Origin: an uncultured Arcobacteraceae bacterium | Lineage (GTDB): Bacteria; Campylobacterota; Campylobacteria; Campylobacterales; Arcobacteraceae | NCBI GenBank assembly: GCA_964022095.1 | Contig: CAXHZO010000002.1 | Span: 32,001 to 96,000 of the forward strand | DNA length: 64,000 nt | Reading direction: 5' to 3' | Part shown: positions 56,924-64,000 of the stretch, piece by piece | Layout: each line of letters begins with the position of its first letter | How positions within the stretch are numbered: the first letter of the stretch is position 1 | The notes under the pieces: generated by a model | Database searches by the model: none | Seen by the model: the letters and a program-made list of their open reading frames with translations, nothing else | Told to the model about the DNA's origin: nothing | Made by a program: the position numbers and the translations under genes

Positions 56924-57478
56924 TTACTCCCATCTTTTATATAGATTATTGTTTATTTTTAACATATCTAACCATTTACCAATCATGAAGTTTTCCATAT
57001 CATCAAGTGACTGTTGATTTGAATAATACCCAAGAATTGGAGGGGCTATAGTAACCCCCATTTTACATAGTTTCAACATGTTTTCTAATGCTATTTGATT
57101 TAAAGGCATTTCTCTAGGAGAAAGAATTATCTCCCTTTTTTCCTTTAACATAACAGTAAATGCTCTTGTAATTAAGGAATCTGATATTCCTACTGCACAT
57201 TTTGCAAGTGTATTCATTGAGCATGGAAGAACAATCATTTTATCAACTTTGAATGAACCTGAAGCTATACATGCACCTATATCACTATCTTTTAAAATAG
57301 TAATATTTTCATAATCATCAAACATTTTTCTTGCAGATAGGTTAGTTTCAAGCTTTAGTGCTCTTTTCGCACTGTTTGAAAATACTAAAAAAACCTCAAT
57401 ATCTTTTGGTAGCTGTTTTACAAATTTAATAGCTAAATTAGTTCCACTAGCACCAGAAATAGCAACTGTTAGTCTCAA
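56924..57478 (-). CDS. ubiX: flavin prenyltransferase
   Basis: SGASG, ASGS, PCSMNTLA, LKE.R and PRE.P. Confidence 0.92.
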   Translation of the reverse strand: MRLTVAISGASGTNLAIKFVKQLPKDIEVFLVFSNSAKRALKLETNLSARKMFDDYENITILKDSDIGACIASGSFKVDKMIVLPCSMNTLAKCAVGISDSLITRAFTVMLKEKREIILSPREMPLNQIALENMLKLCKMGVTIAPPILGYYSNQQSLDDMENFMIGKWLDMLKINNNLYKRWE

Positions 57479-57690
57479 AAGAAAGCCTTTTTATTTTATT
57501 AAGATAATCAAGATAATAGCAAAAAAAAACTTTGAATTCAATCTTCTTTTTTACCTATGTTTTTCATAGTATCTTAAGTTAATTTTAATAAATTAAATGT
57601 TAACATTATGTATAATTATAAAGTATATTAAATAAAACAATATGTTTATTTATATAATTTATATATCATATTATGTAAAAGGAATTTATT

Positions 57691-58332
57691 ATGTCTCATG
57701 TTTATTCGTATGTTAGAGTTAATAAAAATAATGAATCATATACTCAAAACCAAAAGGTCTCAATTAGCAATTATATTGATGAACATAATATTTCTATTTA
57801 TAAAGAGTTTGAGATAGAAATTTCAAGTTCACATGAAGAGAAAAATATCTTAGAACTTTTAAGAAATAGTGAAAAAAATTCAACATTAATTGTTTCTGAT
57901 TTAAATGTATTTGGTAGAACAATTGAAACAATTTTAGAAATTGTTAAATTCTTGCTTTCTAATAAAGTTAGAATAATAGCTATAAAACAAAACCTTGAAT
58001 TAGTAGATGATAAAGACATGTTAACTCAAATGATTTTAGGCGTTATTTCAATGACTATGAATTTAGAAAAAGATTTAATGAGTCTAAGAACAAAAGAAGC
58101 TTTAAGTGTAAAAAAACAAAATGGAATTGCCTTAGGTAAACCAAAAGGTACAATTCAAAAGTCAAAATTTGATGATCAAAGAGATAAAATTGAAGAGTTA
58201 TTACAACTTGGTTTATCTGTTAGAAAAATTGCAAAACTTCTTGGTTATAACAATCATATTGGATTAAATAACTATGTTAAGAAGAGAAAGATAAGAGAAA
58301 ATTTGCCTAATACTCTTAATATCGCTAGCTAA
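57691..58332 (+). CDS. serine resolvase-family protein lacking catalytic residues, with C-terminal HTH
   Basis: Y.RVN instead of Y.RVS; LNVFGR instead of L[DS]RLGR; E....RTKEAL, LGKPKG and GLSVRKIAKLLG. Confidence 0.85.
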   Translation: MSHVYSYVRVNKNNESYTQNQKVSISNYIDEHNISIYKEFEIEISSSHEEKNILELLRNSEKNSTLIVSDLNVFGRTIETILEIVKFLLSNKVRIIAIKQNLELVDDKDMLTQMILGVISMTMNLEKDLMSLRTKEALSVKKQNGIALGKPKGTIQKSKFDDQRDKIEELLQLGLSVRKIAKLLGYNNHIGLNNYVKKRKIRENLPNTLNIAS

Positions 58333-58426
58333 TAAATTTTAACAATAGTATTAATAGCTATTTTATAATTTCTAATTAATAGTTGCTATTGTAGAATATC
58401 ACCAATAAAATAGAATTGGAGATATT

Positions 58427-58876
58427 GTGAAAGTATTATTAATTAAAGATGTTAAGAGTTTAGGAAAAGCTGGAGAAATAAAAGAAGTTAAAGATGGATA
58501 CGGAAAAAACTTTCTAGTTGGAAAAGGTTTTGCTTTACATGCGACTGATGAAGTAATTGCAGAATTTGAAGCAAAACAAGCTGAACTAAAGAAAATTGAA
58601 GCTCAAGAGATAGCAGAAGCTACTGAATTAGCAGAAAAATTAAATACTACAAAATTAACTATTAAGCATAAAATTGGTGCAAATGGACATTTAATTGGTT
58701 CTGTAACTAATAAAGAAGTTAGTGAATCATTAAAAGAGCAATTTGATATTGAAATAGATAAAAAAAGTATTTCATTAAAAGAAAAAATAAAAGCTGCAGG
58801 AATTTTTGAATCTGATTGTAAGTTAGGTCATGGAATTCACGCAACACTAAAAGTAGATGTAATTGGAGTTGAATAA
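58427..58876 (+). CDS. rplI: 50S ribosomal protein L9
   Basis: KV.LIKDV..LG..GE..VKDGY..NFL and GSVT. Confidence 0.97.
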   Translation: MKVLLIKDVKSLGKAGEIKEVKDGYGKNFLVGKGFALHATDEVIAEFEAKQAELKKIEAQEIAEATELAEKLNTTKLTIKHKIGANGHLIGSVTNKEVSESLKEQFDIEIDKKSISLKEKIKAAGIFESDCKLGHGIHATLKVDVIGVE

Positions 58877-59413
58877 ATGTTTGACGCTACTACGATACTT
58901 GCTTATAAAGGCCCAAATAAAGCTGTAATTGGAGGTGACGGACAAGTTACTTTTGGAAATGCAATTTTAAAGGGAAATGCAACAAAAATCAGAACACTTT
59001 ATAATGGAAAAATATTAGCAGGCTTCGCTGGAAGTACTGCTGATGCATTTAATCTATTTGACATGTTTGAAACACACTTAGAAAATAAAAAGGGCGATTT
59101 ATTAAAAGCTGTTATTGAATTTTCTAAAGAGTGGAGAAAAGATAAAGTTTTAAGAAGATTAGAAGCTATGATGATTGTATTAAATAAAGATCACATTTTT
59201 ATACTTTCAGGAAATGGAGATGTAGTTGAACCAGAAGATGGCTCAATTGCTTCTATTGGTAGTGGTGGAAACTTTGCTATTAGTGCAGCTCGTGCATTAG
59301 CAAAGCATGCAAAAATGGATGAAGAAGATCTTGTAAGAGAATCACTTATGATTGCAGGTGAACTTTGTATTTACACAAACCAAAATATTAAATTATTAAA
59401 ACTAGAGGATTAA
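58877..59413 (+). CDS. hslV: ATP-dependent protease subunit HslV
   Basis: [24 protein letters not shown] and IGSGG. Confidence 0.97.
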   Translation: MFDATTILAYKGPNKAVIGGDGQVTFGNAILKGNATKIRTLYNGKILAGFAGSTADAFNLFDMFETHLENKKGDLLKAVIEFSKEWRKDKVLRRLEAMMIVLNKDHIFILSGNGDVVEPEDGSIASIGSGGNFAISAARALAKHAKMDEEDLVRESLMIAGELCIYTNQNIKLLKLED

Positions 59414-59419
59414 TAAGAT

Positions 59420-60748
59420 ATGGATTTAACACCAAAACAGATAGTAGAATATTTAGATGATTATATTATTGGTCAAAATAATGCTAAAAAAACAATTGCA
59501 TTAGCCTTAAGAAATAGGTTTAGACGAATGAAAGTTGAACCAGTTTTACAAGAAGAAATTATGCCAAAAAATATTTTGATGATTGGTAGTACAGGAGTTG
59601 GTAAAACTGAAATTGCTAGAAGATTAGCAAAAATGATGGGTTTACCTTTTGTAAAAGTTGAAGCTAGTAAATATACTGAGGTAGGTTTTGTAGGAAGAGA
59701 TGTTGAATCTATGGTTAGAGACTTAGTTTTTGAATCAATAAGTTTAGTTACAAAAGAGTATGAAGATAAAATAAAAGATAAAATTGAAGAAGAAGTAAAT
59801 AAAAAAATTATTGAAAAACTAGTTCCTCCTTTACCTGAAACTGCAAGTGAAAGTGCAAAAGAGTCTTTTATAAAAACGTATAATACTATGGAAAAAAAGC
59901 TTTTAGATGGTGATTTAGATGAAAAGAAAATAGAAATAGAAATTCCCAAAAAAGCACATGTAGAAATTTTAGATTCAAATATGCCTTTAGATATGACTTC
60001 TATGCAAGAAAGCCTAAACAAAATGTTAGGTGGACTTAATAAAGAAAAAATAAAAAAAGAAGTAAAAATTAAAGATGCGAAAATTTTATTAAAATCAAGT
60101 GCAAGTGAATCATTACTTGACCAAGAAGCTATTAAAATTGAAGCTATCAAAAGAGCAGAATCAGGTGGAATCATTTTCTTAGATGAAATTGATAAAATTG
60201 CTTCTGGTAAATCAAATCAAAATCAAGATCCTTCAAAAGAGGGTGTTCAAAGAGATTTACTTCCAATTGTTGAAGGAAGTTCTGTTCAAACAAAATTTGG
60301 TCATGTAAAAACTGATCATATTTTATTTATAGCAGCAGGGGCATTTCATGTTAGTAAACCAAGTGATTTACTTCCTGAGCTTCAAGGAAGATTTCCTTTA
60401 AGAGTTGAGTTAGAAACACTTGATGAAGATGCATTATATAAAATTTTAACAAACACTAAAAACTCTTTATTAAGACAATACAAGGCTTTATTAGAGGTTG
60501 AAAATGTTACTTTAGAGTTTGATGATGAATCTATAAAAGCATTCGCAAAATATTCAGTTACAGCAAATAACAAAACTGAAGATATAGGTGCTAGAAGACT
60601 TCACACAGTAATTGAAAAAGTAATTGAAGATATTTCATTTAATGCAGATGAAATGAGTGGGGAAAAAGTAATAGTAACAAAAGAACTAGTTGAAGAAAAA
60701 TTAGATACAATTGTTGAAGACGATGATTTAGCTAAATATATATTATAG
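59420..60748 (+). CDS. hslU: ATP-dependent protease ATPase subunit HslU
   Basis: G.TGVGKTEIARR, DEIDK, GVQRDLLP, PELQGRFP and GARRL. Confidence 0.97.
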   Translation: MDLTPKQIVEYLDDYIIGQNNAKKTIALALRNRFRRMKVEPVLQEEIMPKNILMIGSTGVGKTEIARRLAKMMGLPFVKVEASKYTEVGFVGRDVESMVRDLVFESISLVTKEYEDKIKDKIEEEVNKKIIEKLVPPLPETASESAKESFIKTYNTMEKKLLDGDLDEKKIEIEIPKKAHVEILDSNMPLDMTSMQESLNKMLGGLNKEKIKKEVKIKDAKILLKSSASESLLDQEAIKIEAIKRAESGGIIFLDEIDKIASGKSNQNQDPSKEGVQRDLLPIVEGSSVQTKFGHVKTDHILFIAAGAFHVSKPSDLLPELQGRFPLRVELETLDEDALYKILTNTKNSLLRQYKALLEVENVTLEFDDESIKAFAKYSVTANNKTEDIGARRLHTVIEKVIEDISFNADEMSGEKVIVTKELVEEKLDTIVEDDDLAKYIL

Positions 60749-60808
60749 ACTTTTAAATTAATAATTTTTTAGCTAGAATATATCAATCTATAATTTGGGG
60801 AGTAAATT

Positions 60809-61114
60809 ATGAATATAATTACATTTAATCAGATTGATGAGTCATTATTTAATGATGAATTTAATGTTGAGCATTTTCATACAGGAACTAGTGAAAAAGC
60901 TGATATTGTTATATTAGACATAGATACAATTTTTGAATTTGAAGAAAATAAAGCAGAAGTTACTAAAGATAAATATGTTTCAATAGCTGTTATTGAAGAT
61001 GAAAGTGATTATGATGCTTTCAAAAACTTTGGTATTGATGCATGGATTTTAGGAAGTGAGCTTTCTCAAGTTAATAACATTGTAAATTTAGTTAATAAAA
61101 GATTTTTATCGTAA
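60809..61114 (+). CDS. small acidic protein, possible degenerate receiver domain
   Basis: ADIVILDI, SIAV and AF..FGIDAWI pattern; GGAG RBS. Confidence 0.55.
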   Translation: MNIITFNQIDESLFNDEFNVEHFHTGTSEKADIVILDIDTIFEFEENKAEVTKDKYVSIAVIEDESDYDAFKNFGIDAWILGSELSQVNNIVNLVNKRFLS

Positions 61115-61124
61115 GGAATAAGTT

Positions 61125-61913
61125 ATTATTTTAGATACACACTGTCATTTAGACAATGAAAAGTTTTATGAAGATATTGATGCTGTAATTAAAAATGCAC
61201 TTGACCATGGAGTTAAAGGTTTTTTAATTCCTGGTGCAGACTTTAAAGACTTACCTCAAGCTATTAAACTTGCAGAAAAGTATGATGAAGTATTTTTTTC
61301 AGTAGGAATTCATCCTTATGATTGTGATTCATATGATGAATCAGTCATGGAAAAGTATGTTAATCATCCTAAATGTATTGCAATAGGTGAATGTGGTTTA
61401 GATTATTTTAGACTTCCAGAAGACGAAGAAGAAAAAAAAGCTAATGTAGCAAAACAAAAAGAGGTCTTTATCTCTCAAATAGAGTTTGCTAAAAAAGTAA
61501 AAAAACCTTTAATTGTACATATTAGAGAAGCTTCAGATGATTCAAGAACAATTCTTATGGATTATAATGCAAAAGAAGTAGGAGGGGTTTTACACTGTTT
61601 TAATGCAAGTGAACATCTATTACCATTAGCAGATCATGGGTTTTATTATGGAATAGGCGGAGTTTTAACTTTTAAAAATGCGAAAAAATTAGTTGATGTA
61701 TTACCTAAAATCCCACAAGAAAAGTTAATAATTGAAACTGATGCACCATATTTAACCCCGCACCCTCATAGGGGAAAAAGAAATGAACCTTACTACACTG
61801 TTTTTGTTGCAGATAAAATGGCTGAATTACTTAATAAATCTAGAGATGAGATAGAAGAGTTAACTACAAACAATGCGATAAAATTATTTAATGAGTTTTC
61901 TAGTATATCTTAG
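61125..61913 (+). CDS. tatD: TatD family deoxyribonuclease (probable ATT start)
   Basis: frame open from 61122 with DTHCH, GIHP, IGECGLDY, H.R, LHCF and ETD.P; the ORF-track start at 61347 omits the HxH ligands. Confidence 0.88.
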   Translation: MILDTHCHLDNEKFYEDIDAVIKNALDHGVKGFLIPGADFKDLPQAIKLAEKYDEVFFSVGIHPYDCDSYDESVMEKYVNHPKCIAIGECGLDYFRLPEDEEEKKANVAKQKEVFISQIEFAKKVKKPLIVHIREASDDSRTILMDYNAKEVGGVLHCFNASEHLLPLADHGFYYGIGGVLTFKNAKKLVDVLPKIPQEKLIIETDAPYLTPHPHRGKRNEPYYTVFVADKMAELLNKSRDEIEELTTNNAIKLFNEFSSIS

Positions 61914-61949
61914 ATAAAATATATACTATTTCAAATTTTAGGAAACTCA

Positions 61950-63302
61950 TTGAAAAAAACTTTTGTACTATTTTTTTTCACATTAAATATTTTATATGCT
62001 AACATAAATTTAAATTATTCATCAAAAGATTTAAAAATATTAAAAAATTTAGATATTAATGAATCTTTTTTATATGATAAAGAATTGAAATTAATTTTTG
62101 AGAAATACTCTAGAAAGTCTCATTTAAGAACATATGTAAAAAATATTAAAAATGCGAAACATTATGTATCATCAATTGAAAATATTATTGAAGAAGAAAA
62201 CTTACCTAAAGAATTACTATTTATGCCAATGGCAGAATCAAATTTTAAAGTAAATGTTAAATCAAATGCAAAAGCTGCTGGTATTTGGCAGTTTATTCCA
62301 AGAACTGCAGAAAAATTTAAATTAAGAAATGATGATTATGTAGATGAAAGATTAGACTTTATTAAATCTACTAAAGCTGCAATAAGTTACTTAAAAGAGA
62401 ATCATAATCGTTTTGATAAGTGGTATTTATCAGTTTTAGCTTATAACTGTGGCGAAGGCAGAGTTATTGAAGCCATCACTAGAGCAAAAATAGATAAATA
62501 TGTAATGTTAAATCCAGAAAAAAAGAACTCAAAAACAATAAAAGATTTTAGAAAGACTTTAAAAGAGTTTTTTGAAACAAAAAAGAATTTTAATAAAGTA
62601 AATAAAATTTATAAGAAAGTTTCTAAATGGAATATTAAATTAACAGCAACTGATCTTATGAATGTTCAAGATAGAATTTTTAGACAGTACTTACCACAAG
62701 AGAGTAGAATTTATTTAAAAAAGATTCTTGCTTTTAACATGCTTGGTAATCGAAATTTTTATGAAAAAGAACCTTTATTTAAAAAAACAAATGAAGTTGT
62801 TACAGTTCAAGCTAATGGGGGCTTACATATAAGAGATATTGCTAATAGTATTAACATTGATTCAAAAAAATTAAAAAAATTAAATTTACATTTAAAAGAA
62901 GATATATTACCAAATAATGTAAAACTTTATGACATAAATATTTTAGAAAATAAAGTTAGTTTATTTAATAAAAACATTTCAAAGATTGAAAATAAATCAT
63001 TTACGATACATAAAGTAAAAAGTGGTGAAACATTGTCTTCTATTGGAAGAAAGTATAAGATTAGATATGGAATAATTAAAGATTATAATGAAATGAAAAA
63101 TAATAGATTAAAAGTTAATCAAGAACTTATTATTCCAGTTAAAAGAGAATATTTAGTTCATAAAGTTGAAAGTGGAGATACTCTTTACGATTTAGCAAAA
63201 GAATATAATATTACGTACAAAAGAATAAAAGAGAAAAATGATTTAAAAACAAATAGGCTTTCTATAAATCAAAAGCTTATAATACCAATTGCTAATAATT
63301 AA
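61950..63302 (+). CDS. MltD-like lytic transglycosylase with LysM domains
   Basis: MAES, A.GIWQF, DERLD..KST and AYN.GEG; two HKV.SG.TL LysM repeats. Confidence 0.9.
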   Translation: MKKTFVLFFFTLNILYANINLNYSSKDLKILKNLDINESFLYDKELKLIFEKYSRKSHLRTYVKNIKNAKHYVSSIENIIEEENLPKELLFMPMAESNFKVNVKSNAKAAGIWQFIPRTAEKFKLRNDDYVDERLDFIKSTKAAISYLKENHNRFDKWYLSVLAYNCGEGRVIEAITRAKIDKYVMLNPEKKNSKTIKDFRKTLKEFFETKKNFNKVNKIYKKVSKWNIKLTATDLMNVQDRIFRQYLPQESRIYLKKILAFNMLGNRNFYEKEPLFKKTNEVVTVQANGGLHIRDIANSINIDSKKLKKLNLHLKEDILPNNVKLYDINILENKVSLFNKNISKIENKSFTIHKVKSGETLSSIGRKYKIRYGIIKDYNEMKNNRLKVNQELIIPVKREYLVHKVESGDTLYDLAKEYNITYKRIKEKNDLKTNRLSINQKLIIPIANN

Positions 63303-63314
63303 CAGGAGATAGAT

Positions 63315-64000
63315 TTGAATAGTATATTAAAAAACTTTGTTTATACATTTTTTATGATTATAATTTTAGGATTAGTTTTCACTGGATGTTCATCTAAGAA
63401 AACAAAACTTGCAAGTAATTCTACAATTAATAAATTTTATAAGAATACTAACAACACTAAAATAAAAAATTCAAAAAACATGCATAAATATACATTAAGA
63501 CCTTATAGTGTGTTCGGGATTAGATATTATCCTTTTGTAGCTAATGTTGGAGATCAATTTAGAGGAATTGCATCTTGGTATGGCCCAGATTTTCATGCAA
63601 AAAAAACTTCAAATGGTGAAATTTACAATATGTACGCTTTAACAGCAGCACATAAAACACTGCCTATGAATACAGTAGTAAGAGTTGATAATCTTGAAAA
63701 TGGTAAATCTGTAGTTGTTAGAATTAATGATAGAGGGCCTTTTGTAAGAGGTAGAATTATTGATTTATCAAATAAAGCAGCCCATGCAATTGATATGGTT
63801 AGAAAAGGCACAGCTAAAGTAAAAGTTACTGTATTGGGGTATAATGGAGAAATAGAAAACTATAATGCACCAATAATGGCAACAACTCCTAAACCAGTTG
63901 TAGTAAAAAAAGAGAAAAAAGTAACTCAAGTTGAGCCTTTAAAACCATTAAAAATAAAAAGTAATGTTACTCCTGTTTTAGATGGTAATTATAGTTTACA
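63315..64000 (+). CDS. rlpA: septal ring lytic transglycosylase RlpA lipoprotein (runs off the window end)
   Basis: AGGAG RBS, TTG start, FTGC lipobox; GIASWYG..FH...[13 protein letters not shown] and RINDRGPF; not in the ORF track. Confidence 0.92.
   Translation, partial: MNSILKNFVYTFFMIIILGLVFTGCSSKKTKLASNSTINKFYKNTNNTKIKNSKNMHKYTLRPYSVFGIRYYPFVANVGDQFRGIASWYGPDFHAKKTSNGEIYNMYALTAAHKTLPMNTVVRVDNLENGKSVVVRINDRGPFVRGRIIDLSNKAAHAIDMVRKGTAKVKVTVLGYNGEIENYNAPIMATTPKPVVVKKEKKVTQVEPLKPLKIKSNVTPVLDGNYSL

Noticed and set aside
57691-58332. Transposon or invertible element around the resolvase homologue
   Set aside because: No transposase, terminal repeats or cargo; flanked by core genes; catalytic Ser absent.
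59473-60174. 233-aa antisense ORF inside hslU, and the other short shadow ORFs (3968, 12924, 22267, 23874, 25324, 38441, 39209, 39585, 46914, 47765, 52238, 54837, 57798, 60382, 63623)
   Set aside because: All lie antisense within well-supported genes, have S/F/I/L-biased composition mirroring sense codon usage, and show no recognisable motifs.
1-64000. CRISPR arrays, tRNA/rRNA genes, prophage
   Set aside because: No regularly spaced repeats, no GC-rich stable-RNA segments and no phage genes seen; intergenic gaps are about 210 bp or less.

Overview
AT-rich chromosomal segment of a Campylobacterota bacterium, most likely a marine Arcobacteraceae member. This is inferred from the ubiX-coaD-tmk-hisS-speA-cysE, rplI-hslV-hslU and tatD-mltD-rlpA gene orders, plus NhaD and frequent TTG/GTG starts. 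Core genes bracket the window: nadB-nhaD-guaA on the left; uvrA and the ubiX..cysE and rplI..rlpA blocks on the right. A ~40 kb patchwork of accessory metabolic, stress and envelope genes starts right after guaA. I saw no rRNA, tRNA, CRISPR array, integrase or transposase. Main observations: (1) a full-length AcnA/IRP-like protein that keeps its three Fe-S cysteines but has lost the catalytic GSSR serines; (2) a ZorA/ZorB-like (MotAB-family) motor pair with no Zorya effector genes, downstream of sfsA; (3) an intact serine-resolvase homologue lacking the catalytic Ser and Arg, between core genes; (4) a sodN-sodX nickel SOD pair plus a HupE/UreJ fusion protein; (5) a DUF937-YegP-HerA-like ATPase-HugZ cluster; (6) tatD apparently starting at ATT behind a pseudo-receiver gene; (7) a 106-bp strand-biased hairpin at the guaA 3' end; (8) a possible leader ORF on the CNNM Mg2+ transporter gene. 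All family calls come from motif recognition by eye; no database searches were run.
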